Part shown: positions 1-9,456 of the stretch, in pieces
Layout: the number at the start of each line of letters is the position of its first letter
Numbering within the stretch: position 1 is the stretch's first letter
Assembly (NCBI GenBank): GCA_963823665.1
Contig: CAWGMQ010000004.1
Span: 1,984,001-2,048,000 of the forward strand
Direction: 5' to 3'
DNA: 64,000 nt
From: an uncultured Planctomycetota bacterium
Lineage (GTDB): Bacteria; Planctomycetota; Planctomycetia; Isosphaerales; Isosphaeraceae
Notes under the pieces: generated by a model
The model's database searches: none
What the model was told of the DNA's origin: nothing
The model's input: only the letters and a program-made list of their open reading frames with translations
Position numbers and translations under genes: made by a program

Positions 1-519
1 GATATCGCCATACCGAACGATCGGCCCGGCGATCGAATGCGGAAAGAGTGTCATGTAGAGCGCAAAGTCCAGCGGCTTGGCCCCGCGGGTCTTGTGCCGG
101 TGGATATCAACGACGTAAGAGATCGCATGAAATGTGAAAAACGAAATCCCCAGCGGCAGATGCACTGGTACCAGCTTGAAGGGTCGTCGTCCCAAGACCC
201 CGAGCAAGACGTTGAGTTGATCAACCAGGAAGTTTGAGTATTTGAATGCGATGAGCAAGCCCAGGTTGACGACGACTGCCACGGCAACCGTGATCTTGGC
301 GCGGTTCCTGCCCGTCAGCATCTGCACCCGCCGCCCCAGGCCGTAGTTGACCGCGATGATTGCGATCATCAGCACGACATACGCGCCTTCACCCCAAGCA
401 TAGAAGAGAAGGCTCGCAGTCAAGAGCACCAGATTGCGGCACCTGTGCGGCGCAAGGGCATAGAGTCCGAGCAAGATCGGCAGGAAGACATACAGGAACA
501 ATGGTGAGCTGAATAACAC
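1..519 (-). CDS. MBOAT family O-acyltransferase (AlgI/DltB-like), N-terminal part, runs off window edge
   Basis: Not in the ORF track. Manual translation from GTG at 519 (GGAGG upstream) gives LFSSPLFLYVFLP...SLLFYAWGE...FKYSNF...LPLGISFFTFHAISYVVD...LFPHSIAGPIVRY, typical AlgI-like motifs. Confidence 0.88.
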   Translation of the reverse strand, partial: MLFSSPLFLYVFLPILLGLYALAPHRCRNLVLLTASLLFYAWGEGAYVVLMIAIIAVNYGLGRRVQMLTGRNRAKITVAVAVVVNLGLLIAFKYSNFLVDQLNVLLGVLGRRPFKLVPVHLPLGISFFTFHAISYVVDIHRHKTRGAKPLDFALYMTLFPHSIAGPIVRYGDI

Positions 520-863
520 GATCGCCCTCCGGCGAGCTCGCCCCGCACTTCGCCACGTCGTTTGCCTCTGGCGGGGCGATTGCGGGAACGCAGCGGGGAA
601 AATCCATGACCGCGCAAAGCGAGCGCACGCCCGCGCAGCAGCTCAAGAGTTGCCACAACAAGATGGGGCCTGGCTTCTAATTCATGCCCACGATCTGGTC
701 AAGGCCAACACGGGCGTCTTGCAGGCGCCACTTCACCGTCGCATGCGGAGGCAGCGAGGTGAGAGCGACTCACGCGGCAATCCGTCCAAGAAACGCGATT
801 CCGCCACGAATAACCCATGTTGTGCCAGCCGAAATCACACGCCATGCAAAATGGAGACGATCC

Positions 864-1550
864 ATGCGCGGAGACCGGATTACGCTGTGCGCGCTCTACG
901 CGGGCATCGCCGTTCCTTGCCTCTACTTCGGCGTCCAAGCCGTCGCCGCGCCATTTTTCTCCGAATTCAGCTTTGTGGGGACGACGGCCAGCGAGCTAGG
1001 GTCTGATCGCTCCAGTCACCCGGCTTTGTTCAATTTTGGGACGATGCTGCTGGGTGTTGCGTGGCTCATCGCTTCGGTCGGTTTCTTCCGGGCGTTTCAG
1101 AGGCTTGGAGTTCACCCAGTTCTGGCATGGCCGATCTCCGCAGCCCTCATCGGCGCGGGAATTGGGAGTTTTTGGGCGGGGTGGTACCCGTTGCCGGACC
1201 CGAGGCACGCTGGTCAGCCGGCGTTTCTTGTCGCCATTCTCTCACTGCCAATTCTACTAACGGTTGCCCTTTGGAAGCGGGGCCACCCGGCGTTCAGAGC
1301 CTATTTCGTGGCCAATTTGGCGTTGCTCGCCGTTATGTTCCCGATCATGAGCGGCCTTACCGGGCTCGACACCCACACCTATCGCGGCCTATTCCAGCGG
1401 ATGTTCGCGCTCACGGTGTTTCTGCCCGTAGGCATTACTTCTGTCGTGCTCAGCAGGCGGATCCGAGCTCTTCCTGAATCATGTGATTCTCCTGCCACCA
1501 GCGGGCGGCGTGCCGCTGCGTCCACTGGTCGGCTACAGCACACCCGGTGA
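864..1550 (+). CDS. DUF998-like multi-pass membrane protein
   Basis: Hydrophobic ORF with SELG...FN, PLPDPRH and GLFQR motifs. Start trimmed to ATG 864. Confidence 0.7.
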   Translation: MRGDRITLCALYAGIAVPCLYFGVQAVAAPFFSEFSFVGTTASELGSDRSSHPALFNFGTMLLGVAWLIASVGFFRAFQRLGVHPVLAWPISAALIGAGIGSFWAGWYPLPDPRHAGQPAFLVAILSLPILLTVALWKRGHPAFRAYFVANLALLAVMFPIMSGLTGLDTHTYRGLFQRMFALTVFLPVGITSVVLSRRIRALPESCDSPATSGRRAAASTGRLQHTR

Positions 1551-3078
1551 GGGCTTGCTCCAGACTTTCGATATCCTGGAACCGGTCCTCCCGGCGCTTG
1601 GCCATGCAGCGCACGACGACGCGCTCGAGATCAGCAGGCACGTTCATTTCGTGCTTCGTCGGCCAGACTACTTCGTCCCGCGCGTGAGCGATGACCACAT
1701 CAATCGGATTCGCGCCCTCAAAGGGCGGGCGTCTCGTCAGGAGCGCATACGCGACCGCGCCGAGTGAATAAATGTCGCTGCGACCGTCCAGGTCGCTCTG
1801 GCCGTGCGCCTGCTCCGGGGACATGTAAAGGGGCGTGCCGGAAATCCCGCCTTCCTGGGAGAGACTTACCGACGGATTCTCTCCGACCGGCTTCACCAGG
1901 CCAAAGTCGAGCAGCTTGACCACGTCGTAGAGCCCGCCGCGCTTCGCGGCAAACACATTGGCGGGCTTGATGTCGCGATGAATGAGGCCGACCTCATGAG
2001 CCTCGCGCAGTGCCTGGCAGACCTGCCGGAGTAGGTGAATGACACGGTCGGCCGGCAATGGTCCATAACGTTCGATCAAGTCCTGCAAACTGAGACCGGG
2101 TAGATACTCCATCACGTAAAAAAACGTGCCGTCATCGGTGCGGCCGTAGTCGAAGATTTCGATGGTGTTCCAGTGCGAGAGCTGAGCGGTCATGCGAACC
2201 TCGCGCTCGAAGCGGGCCAACATGTGCGCGTCGCCTGCTCGGTCCGGGTGAATAAGCTTGATCGCGCACGGGCGTTTAAGCATGAGGTGCTCAGCCAGGT
2301 AAACGTGCCCCATACCGCCGGCGCCAAGCTCCCTGAGCAGGCAGTACTGCCCGAGTTGCTTCGCTGCGTGCACTTCCCGCCGTAATGTGGTGATCAAGTT
2401 CGTGCCGACTGCCGACGCCGCGCCCGCAATGATGAGCACGAGCACGTGCTGGATGATGCCAGTAATCGTCATCGACTCGACGACGTTTGGAATCGCCAGC
2501 GCCATGCCCACGAGCAGAATGATCCGCGCAAGCGCCATCGCGCCGATCACGACCACGCCACGCCGCCAGGTACTGGGTATGAACATGCCGTAGGTGAACA
2601 TCATGAGCAGCCAGAAGGGCAGCGGCGGGGGCAAGACACTCCGGCTACCCGGATCGAGCGTCACGCGCTGTTGCAACATCAGAAAGAAGGCGGCCGGGAA
2701 ACCAAAGATCAAGAGCTCCGCGAACCGAAGCCTCGTGATGGACGCGTCCGGATAGCGCCACAAGATGGCTAAGATGAAGCTCAGAACGAGCACCACCAGC
2801 ACGTGAAAGCCCAGAAGCGCTGCATCCAGCGGCTCGTTCGTGAGAACGCCGGCGACGTGGCGGACCAAGAAGGCGGAAAAGCCGAACAGCAACATGAGCA
2901 CAGCGGCGCGCAGCCGGAGGCGCAAGAGCGACTCCGTCTCCTTGGTGAGATGCAGCGCGCTCGAGGCCGCGTCCCGCTTGGGATTGCAGACCTTCGGTTC
3001 CTCGGTGTCCAGTCTTGAAGGCTGCAGGACCGTTTCGTCGGAACCCGGCGCTGGGGATGAGTGCGTGCCTTCATTCAC
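1450..3078 (-). CDS. Hanks-type Ser/Thr protein kinase with N-terminal multi-pass membrane domain
   Basis: LGAGGMGHVY, AIK, HRDIKPAN, DFG, GTPLYMSPE and DIYSLG motifs, preceded by about 6 hydrophobic helices. Confidence 0.93.
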   Translation of the reverse strand: MNEGTHSSPAPGSDETVLQPSRLDTEEPKVCNPKRDAASSALHLTKETESLLRLRLRAAVLMLLFGFSAFLVRHVAGVLTNEPLDAALLGFHVLVVLVLSFILAILWRYPDASITRLRFAELLIFGFPAAFFLMLQQRVTLDPGSRSVLPPPLPFWLLMMFTYGMFIPSTWRRGVVVIGAMALARIILLVGMALAIPNVVESMTITGIIQHVLVLIIAGAASAVGTNLITTLRREVHAAKQLGQYCLLRELGAGGMGHVYLAEHLMLKRPCAIKLIHPDRAGDAHMLARFEREVRMTAQLSHWNTIEIFDYGRTDDGTFFYVMEYLPGLSLQDLIERYGPLPADRVIHLLRQVCQALREAHEVGLIHRDIKPANVFAAKRGGLYDVVKLLDFGLVKPVGENPSVSLSQEGGISGTPLYMSPEQAHGQSDLDGRSDIYSLGAVAYALLTRRPPFEGANPIDVVIAHARDEVVWPTKHEMNVPADLERVVVRCMAKRREDRFQDIESLEQALTGCAVADQWTQRHAARWWQENHMIQEELGSAC

Positions 3079-3316
3079 CTGCGGTCAACCCTATTCCCGA
3101 GGAATAGACGCTGCTACTCGGAGGCCGTCTTCGTTTGCAGGAAACCTATCGGCAGGATCGGCTCGCCCCCCCTCGTAAAGCCCTCCCCCAAGCATATTGT
3201 CGAACGTCCCGCGGGAGAATCGACATCCGGGACGAGCCAGGCCGACGAAATAGGCGATCATCGAACCGCAAGCGCAGATGAATCGGCGGCGCTCCGGCAG
3301 TTTTCGATCATGGTAG

Positions 3317-3706
3317 TCAGTCACCCTTCTCACCGGCCCGTTCCTTCCACGCCGCGAGCGCCGCTTTGATCAGCGGCTTCAGACCGGGCTGTTTCAAGTC
3401 CGCCAGCTTCTCCAGTTGCACGTGCCGATGAACTTTCCCGCTCCCCGCCATGAGCCCCTTGGGGTCGGGCAGCTCGGACCCGCGGGCGATACCCAGTTTG
3501 ACCCCTTTCTGACTCATGATAAGCGTGCAGACACATCCCTTGTACCCCGGGCCGTAGCCGAAGCCGATGACCCTGGCCGTTTTATCAAGCGTTTCCTCCG
3601 ATCCGGGTAACGCCTCGCCCAGGAGCCGTCGCGCCGCGTGCGCCAGCTCACCAACTTCCGGTGGGTAAGCGGCCAGAAACGATTCGATGTCTTGTGGAGT
3701 CGTCAT
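3317..3706 (-). CDS. DUF1801 (YdhG-like) domain protein
   Basis: IESFLAAYPPEV...LG..RGSELPDPKGLMAGSGKVHRHV pattern. Confidence 0.75.
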   Translation of the reverse strand: MTTPQDIESFLAAYPPEVGELAHAARRLLGEALPGSEETLDKTARVIGFGYGPGYKGCVCTLIMSQKGVKLGIARGSELPDPKGLMAGSGKVHRHVQLEKLADLKQPGLKPLIKAALAAWKERAGEKGD

Positions 3707-3770
3707 CGCGTGGGCTCCCGCACGGAGTTCCAGCCCGTTGACTCGTATGTCATCGCCCGCCCTCGCCCGA

Positions 3771-4331
3771 TCAATCCCGGCCGATTTCCTTCCAGCGCTT
3801 GTCCCACTCCCACATCAGAAGTTGCTGCTCGGCGGTAAGCGGTGCTCCGAGCCCGGCCGCCCAGTGGCAGATTTGCCCGCGGTGATGCGCATCGTGCGTG
3901 ATCGCCCCGCAAACAAGCGCCACCACGTCGGGCCGGAAATCGGCTACGTGGCCGCCGTTTGCGAGAGCACGCTCGATCAGACGAACCATTGCCCGGGCGC
4001 TCTGTCCCAGCGCCTCTTTGGCCTCACCCACAGTGACCTCGCCTCGTTCGAGTTTCGCCGGCGGCGCTTCGTCGCGCGCCGACATCTTGAGCCGCATGCA
4101 GCGCACGTTGTGCATGTGCGCAAACGTCGTGGCAATGTTCCGTCGCTTCGCGCAGGGAGGCTGTGCGCGCCAGACCTCGGGGTCAAGAATATCCAGCAGC
4201 ACCTGGTTGATGCGTTCGTTCGTGAGAAACGCCTCGACGAGCGCTCGCGAGAGATCGACCGGCTTCCGCCGATCTCTGTTGCCCGGAACGTTAGCAGCCG
4301 CGCCGGCCTTCGCCGAGCCCTTCGCGCCCAT
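3771..4331 (-). CDS. DinB family protein
   Basis: FAHMHNVR and ITHDAHHRGQI His motifs of the DinB/YfiT fold. Confidence 0.85.
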   Translation of the reverse strand: MGAKGSAKAGAAANVPGNRDRRKPVDLSRALVEAFLTNERINQVLLDILDPEVWRAQPPCAKRRNIATTFAHMHNVRCMRLKMSARDEAPPAKLERGEVTVGEAKEALGQSARAMVRLIERALANGGHVADFRPDVVALVCGAITHDAHHRGQICHWAAGLGAPLTAEQQLLMWEWDKRWKEIGRD

Positions 4332-4411
4332 GACATGACTCCAACACCGTCGACTAGCACCGCCGGCACCCGGCTTGTAGCCAGGCTAGAGCGCCTCCGC
4401 GCAGCATCAAG

Positions 4412-5020
4412 CTACCGCGCCTTCGAGCTGTCGGAAACCGTGAACGAGTCGAAGAACGTCCAGATATCAGCCGCGCGGTTCCGACGCTTCGCGTGCTTGA
4501 TCTGCAGCAAGTACATCCGGCCCCCGACGGCATAAAGCCGGCTCGTGTATACGTCGGCCGAATCCTCAATGACTGACGCCAGTCCAGGCCAGTCCTTGTC
4601 GTCCTTCCGGATCGAGACCTTCTCTTCGCTCATTAGACTCCCCTTGATGTCCTGGACGCTCATATCGCGGTTCTTCCTCATCGTCGCCTCGACCACCGCC
4701 GGCGAGAGAGAGCGCGCAGGCGGGTCGAAGTACGTCACCACGTAGCTGACTCCGTCATGCTCGCACGAGACAATGTGAACCGTGAATATGGTCCCAGTGA
4801 CTTGAAGCTTCTTCGGCAGGAGCACCGAGTAGCCGCCATCCGCCGACTTGTAAGGCGCCCAGCCCGATTGGTGCTTCGGGACCGGAACAGATGCTTCGGA
4901 TTGTGCAGCCACACGACTTCCCGCGGCGGGCTGGGATGGCGCAGTCTCGGCCCCTCCGCCGCAGCCAGAAAGTGTCAGGATTCCCACGACAATTGTCCAT
5001 GTGCGAGTGGCCATCATCAA
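4412..5020 (-). CDS. Hypothetical lipoprotein
   Basis: Signal peptide with lipobox LSGC. Also Y.S.DGGYSVLLP...FFDSF pattern. Confidence 0.65.
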   Translation of the reverse strand: MMMATRTWTIVVGILTLSGCGGGAETAPSQPAAGSRVAAQSEASVPVPKHQSGWAPYKSADGGYSVLLPKKLQVTGTIFTVHIVSCEHDGVSYVVTYFDPPARSLSPAVVEATMRKNRDMSVQDIKGSLMSEEKVSIRKDDKDWPGLASVIEDSADVYTSRLYAVGGRMYLLQIKHAKRRNRAADIWTFFDSFTVSDSSKAR

Positions 5021-5178
5021 GCCTCAGCAGAGTGCGTTGTGCGCCTCGGGGCCGACCATGGGACACCATCGTGCAGCGCTCGGGCACGTGCTGCGTCACT
5101 TTGAAGTAAGCCGCAAGCGCCCAGACTTCCCCGATCGTAGCCGCCAAGCCGTTCCCTGTCATCTGACGTCCGGCCAAG

Positions 5179-5226
5179 GGCGCCTCGTCGCGCGCCGGCA
5201 TCTTCAGCCGCGTGCAGCACACGCTC
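5179..5226 (-). pseudogene. Short degenerate fragment of the neighbouring dinB-family gene
   Basis: About 48 nt matching 4063-4110 with roughly 7 mismatches (RLKMPARDEAP vs RLKMSARDEAP). Confidence 0.7.
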
Positions 5227-5314
5227 AATGAAGAGCCCTGTGGTGTTGCGGCTCATGATGAAGGCCCAGTTGCTGCCACGCCCACCGCTCTTCGGGCAAG
5301 CCACTCGCCAAATG
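5224..5314. repeat. Degenerate direct repeat, copy 1 (copy 2 at 5838-5925 is the 3' end and downstream flank of the DUF2442 gene)
   Basis: ctcaatgaagagccctgtggtgttgcggctcatga...cttcgggcaagccactcgccaaatg vs ctcaataaaaagccatgtggcgtttcggctcatga...cttcgggcaatccactcgccaaatg. Confidence 0.8.
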
Positions 5315-5413
5315 TAACAGAGCGTCCCACAGCCGATCCGGTTCGCCACGCGCGATGGACACAAAAGACCATCCGTGTTAGCGTTAACAGAGCCATACTT
5401 GATGGAGTACCCG

Positions 5414-5701
5414 ATGCCCAGCATCAACCTGCTCGAGGACACGTTCCGGCGGCTCGCTGAACGAGCAGCCGCTAATAACATCTCTGTTGACGACTTCGTT
5501 ACGTCCGTCCTAGATCGGCTCGCCGAGGTCGGCAGGTCCGCGCCTGAACCCCCAATCCCGCTCATCGGCGACGCCTGGCAGGCCGAGCTGGAAGCGTGGA
5601 AACGGGATGCGGAGAGCCGGGCCGGACGATACCCTCCGGGATTCGTCCTGGACGACAGCCGCGAAACGATCTACCGCGAGCGGGAAGACGCGCAGCTTTG
5701 A
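5414..5701 (+). CDS. Putative type II antitoxin (VapB-like)
   Basis: RHH-like N-terminus (RRLAERAAANNISVDDFV) and C-terminal DDSRETIY. Stop overlaps the PIN gene start (TTGA). Confidence 0.7.
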   Translation: MPSINLLEDTFRRLAERAAANNISVDDFVTSVLDRLAEVGRSAPEPPIPLIGDAWQAELEAWKRDAESRAGRYPPGFVLDDSRETIYREREDAQL

Positions 5702-5820
5702 TCCTAATCGACACCAACATCCTGCTTCGTTACGCCAGAACCGCAGACCCGGACTTCCCTACGGTGGACGCATCCGTCAACACGCTACACGCCAACGGTG
5801 AGGTGCTCTGCGTCGTTCCT
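5698..5820 (+). pseudogene. Truncated PIN-domain (VapC-like) toxin
   Basis: ILIDTNILLR PIN start motif. Similarity ends after about 41 codons, near the direct-repeat copy. Confidence 0.75.
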
Positions 5821-5866
5821 AAGGCAAACCGACCTCGCTCAATAAAAAGCCATGTGGCGTTTCGGC

Positions 5867-6190
5867 TCATGAAGACCCGGATGCCACCTCGCCCACGGTC
5901 CTTCGGGCAATCCACTCGCCAAATGACCGTTGGCTTTCACCCGATGGTTTTCCCGTGAGGAGGTTTTCCACGCTTATATCCTCGTCCACGTCCAGCCAGT
6001 GAATTCCACGGCCTTGACCAATCAGTCTCCACCTGCCTCCTTCCTCGACCGTGCCGTGAAGCAGTCGGGGATACCACGCCAGTGGCGCGGAAATCGTCCG
6101 CCCGTCGCTGAGCTCGACCGTTAACGTGTCGTCGGTGACCGCCACCTGTGTGGCCGCAACTGTGGCGGCCTCAGCCGCTGAAGTACTCAT
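5867..6190 (-). CDS. DUF2442 domain protein (putative antitoxin)
   Basis: LTVELSDGRTISAPLAWYPRL...GIHW.DVDEDISVENLL motif. Confidence 0.88.
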   Translation of the reverse strand: MSTSAAEAATVAATQVAVTDDTLTVELSDGRTISAPLAWYPRLLHGTVEEGGRWRLIGQGRGIHWLDVDEDISVENLLTGKPSGESQRSFGEWIARRTVGEVASGSS

Positions 6191-6407
6191 GCCATTCGTC
6201 CAGCAGAAACTGCTGGTTCTCCTCGATAATTGCTTGAATCTGATTGATCTCCTTGCGGGCAAACCCACGGCTCCGCTCGAGACGGACGGGGTCGAGCCAG
6301 AACTTTGCCTTACTGTCATCGCGCTCGAGGTGAACATGCACAGGTTCGTCCCGGTCACCAGCGTAGAAAAAGAACCGATACGGTCCGCTGCGCAAGATCG
6401 TCGGCTT
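6171..6407 (-). CDS. DUF4160 domain protein (putative toxin); expected start codon reads AAG
   Basis: (K)PTILRSGPYRFFFY...EPVHVH...AKFWLDP...EWHEYF. Overlaps the DUF2442 start. Confidence 0.82.
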   Translation of the reverse strand, partial: KPTILRSGPYRFFFYAGDRDEPVHVHLERDDSKAKFWLDPVRLERSRGFARKEINQIQAIIEENQQFLLDEWHEYFSG

Positions 6408-6629
6408 GGTCTCAGACTATCAAATCAACGGGTTCGAGACAAATTGGTGAGCCGCATCCGCCTGATTAACGTGTCGGGTCCCTTCAGCCCCACGAGACCC
6501 GCCCGTTTTCTCCCGTCCCACAAACTGCCCACTGCCTACTTCCTGCCCCCTGTTGATAGAATATCCGTCTACTACCTGCATGTCGTGCGGGTTTGTTGAG
6601 AACGAACATTTCAGCTACAGCCCGGGAGG

Positions 6630-7940
6630 TTGCTTGTGCGCATCTCGAACATTTCTGCCGCGGCCTTCTGCGGCAGCCTGCTCGCCTTCGCAGGTTGCAT
6701 CGGCCAGTCTGAAACGCCACCCGTCGATCAACTGGCGGAGCTCGAGCGCGGCACGCTGATCATCGCGGGGGCAGACGCGCCCAAACGCGCCCAGCAGGCC
6801 TTGATCGAGGCAAAGGCAGGCGATGTCATCGAGTTCGGCGAGGGCCGATTCGAGTTCAAGAGCACCTTGTCGCTCGACGTCAGCGGCGTGACGATTCGCG
6901 GACAGGGTCCGGACAAAACGATCCTCAGCTTCAAGGATCAAGGGCAGGGCACCGGCGGCGAAGGGCTGCTTATCACCAGCAAGCAGAATGTCATCCTCGA
7001 GAACCTCGCCGTCGAAGATGCCCGTGGCGATGCCATCAAGGCCAACGGCACCCAGAAGATCACCTTCCGCAAGATCCGCACCGAGTGGACCGGCGGCCCC
7101 AAGGAAACCAACGGCGGCTATGGAATCTACCCCGTGCTCTGCACCAGCGTGGTGATCGAAGACTGCAAGGTCGCGGGCGCCTCCGACGCTGGCATCTATG
7201 TCGGCCAGTCGCAAGACATCATCGTCCGCCGCAACACCGTTCAGCAGAACGTCGCCGGTATCGAGATCGAAAACTGCAACCGGGCCGACGTCTACGAGAA
7301 CATGGCGACCGACAACTCCGGCGGAATCCTGGTCTTCACCATGCCCGACCTGCCCACCAAGGACGGCAAGAACTGCCGGGTCTATAACAACAAAGTGATC
7401 GCCAACAACCACGTGAACTTCGCACCCAAGGGCAACATGGTCGCCGCGGTTCCACCCGGCACCGGCATCATGATCATGGCCAACAAGGAGGTCGAGGTCT
7501 TCGACAACACCATCGAGAAGAACCAGACAACCGGTCTCTCGGTCGTGAGCTACCTCCTTACGGACAAGCCGCTGAATGACCCCAAATATGACCCATTCTG
7601 CGATTCAATCTACATTCACAACAATCAATTCTCAGATAACGGCGGCAAGCCCTCCGGCGCCATTGGTGAGATGCTCGCAAAAGCCCTGGGAAGCCCGCTG
7701 CCGGATATCCTGTATGACGGCATCATCGACCCCAAGAAACAGGTCGACGGAAAGCTGCCCGAGGCACTGGCCCTGCGCATCAAGGATAACGGCAAAGCCG
7801 GGTTCGCCAACTTCGACGCAATGGGTCTCAAGGCCGCCGGCGAGGGAAAGGGAAAGCAGCCGAATATCGTGCGCGATGTAAAGGCATATGAAGGATCGCG
7901 GCCTGCCCTCGCACCCGTATCGATCGAGGGATTGAAGTGA
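6630..7940 (+). CDS. Parallel beta-helix repeat lipoprotein (TIGR03805-like)
   Basis: Lipobox FAGC. GYGIYPV, GASDAGIYVGQS, NVAGIEIEN and NFAPKGN motifs. Confidence 0.85.
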   Translation: MLVRISNISAAAFCGSLLAFAGCIGQSETPPVDQLAELERGTLIIAGADAPKRAQQALIEAKAGDVIEFGEGRFEFKSTLSLDVSGVTIRGQGPDKTILSFKDQGQGTGGEGLLITSKQNVILENLAVEDARGDAIKANGTQKITFRKIRTEWTGGPKETNGGYGIYPVLCTSVVIEDCKVAGASDAGIYVGQSQDIIVRRNTVQQNVAGIEIENCNRADVYENMATDNSGGILVFTMPDLPTKDGKNCRVYNNKVIANNHVNFAPKGNMVAAVPPGTGIMIMANKEVEVFDNTIEKNQTTGLSVVSYLLTDKPLNDPKYDPFCDSIYIHNNQFSDNGGKPSGAIGEMLAKALGSPLPDILYDGIIDPKKQVDGKLPEALALRIKDNGKAGFANFDAMGLKAAGEGKGKQPNIVRDVKAYEGSRPALAPVSIEGLK

Positions 7941-9048
7941 TCTGTTGCAAGAACACGCGACCCGCTCGTCACCTTCTCCTCAGCGCGCTGGCGGCCTGCG
8001 TGGCCGCCGCGCCGCTGGCCTTGGCCGGATGCGGTTCCTCGCAGCCGCAAAATGCGATTGTCGCCCCGCCGATTCGATTTCAGAAGATTTCACAGTACGC
8101 GACTTTTCGCCGGTGACCCGGCCGCGCAGCAACCGGCTCAGGCCGTGATCCCCTACGACATCAATTCGGCTCTCTTCAGCGACTACGCCGAAAAGTTTCG
8201 ATTCATCAAGCTGCCCGCCGGTTCGAGCGCGGCGTACCGATCCGACGGCGTCTTTGACTTCCCCGTGGGTACCGTGATCGCCAAGACGTTCGCCTACCCG
8301 CGCGATGCCCGCGACCCTTCCCAGGGCCGACGGTTAATCGAAACCCGGATCTTGAAGCATGAGCCCGACGGCTGGGTCGGCCTTCCCTACGTCTGGAACG
8401 AGGCACAATCCGAGGCAACGCTCGACGTGGCTGGTGACACCGTCAATGTGAGTTGGGTCCACACCGACGGAGCAGCCCAGAACCAACAACTACATCATCC
8501 CGAATTCCAACCAGTGCAAAGGTTGCCACAAGGCCGGCGATAAGATGTTGCCGATCGGCCCGAAGGCTCGCCATTTGAATCGTGATTTCGCTTATGAAGC
8601 TGGCAAGGAAAATCAGCTCGCGCACTGGAGCCGCTCGGGAGCCCTGGCCGGGGCACCTGCGCCCGAGCACGCCCCTCGACTTGCAGTGTGGGATGACCCG
8701 AAGACCGGTTCCTCGGCGCCCGCGCTCGCGCCTGGCTCGAGATCAACTGTGCCCATTGCCACAGTCCCGAAGGGCCCGCGCGCAACTCGGGCCTCGACCT
8801 GCTCGCCTCGCAACAGAATCCCACGTCCTTTGGCATCTTCGAAGCCGCCCGTGGCCGCCGGTATCGGCTCGGGCGGACTGCCCTACGACATCGTTCCGGG
8901 CAAACCCGATCAATCGATCCTGGCCTTCCGCATCGCCTCGACGCATCCCGGCATCATGATGCCCGAGCTGGGAAAACGCATGGTGCACACCGAAGGTGTG
9001 GCACTCGTGCGCGAATGGATCGCCAATATGGCACCACTCGCGCGCTGA
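7937..9048 (+). CDS. SO2930/HNE_0200-family diheme c-type cytochrome lipoprotein (several apparent frameshifts)
   Basis: GTGA overlap with the upstream stop. Lipobox LAGC, LFSDYAEKFRF, FPVGTVIAKTF, IETR, CKGCH (8515-8529), CAHCH (8748-8762, other frame), MMPELG. Frame changes near 8098, 8470, 8715 and 8840. Confidence 0.8.
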
Positions 9049-9064
9049 AATCCGCGAAACGCCG

Positions 9065-9293
9065 CCGCCAGGCGTCCGAGTTTTCGAGCCGCGTACGCGG
9101 CGGCATCGTACAGCCTGGGGCGCGAGCCTCAGGTATCGGCGGCCGAACAGCCCTCGTAGAGGACCGCCAGGCATCCGAGTTTTCGAGCCGCGTACGCGGC
9201 GGCATCGTACAGCCTGGGGCGCGAGCCCCAGGTATCGGCAGGCAACGAGCCCAACGCTTTCTTTTTCTTCCTCCCAGCCCTCGAAGAGGGCGA
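9065..9293. repeat. REP-like tandem repeat: two ~77-bp units with 99-bp period, plus trailing hairpin
   Basis: Units at 9065 and 9164 are nearly identical. Each has the palindrome gccgcgtacgcggc and the hairpin cctggggc-gcga-gcc(c/t)cagg. Hairpin gccctc-gaa-gagggc near 9277. Confidence 0.85.
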
Positions 9294-9456
9294 CATCTCC
9301 CTGGCTCGCTCGGACTGAACGCGCCAGGAGATATCCGCGCGGGATCGTCCAAGGCCATCAGGAATTCGCTTGACGCACCGAGAGACGCGATCGAGACTCA
9401 AGGAGGCAGATTGACCGTACCGCGGTGAGTCAGGCTCTCAGAATCACGGGTGTACC

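Noticed and set aside
3091..3107. Inverted repeat ctattcc-cga-ggaatag upstream of the kinase
   Set aside because: A single 7-bp stem that cannot be assigned a function from sequence alone.
3317..6420. Integron-like cassette array (small genes plus TA modules)
   Set aside because: No attC-like inverted cores or integrase were recognised.
9065..9242. Possible CRISPR mini-array
   Set aside because: Only two ~77-bp units with a ~22-bp linker, and no cas genes. Fits a REP-like repeat better.
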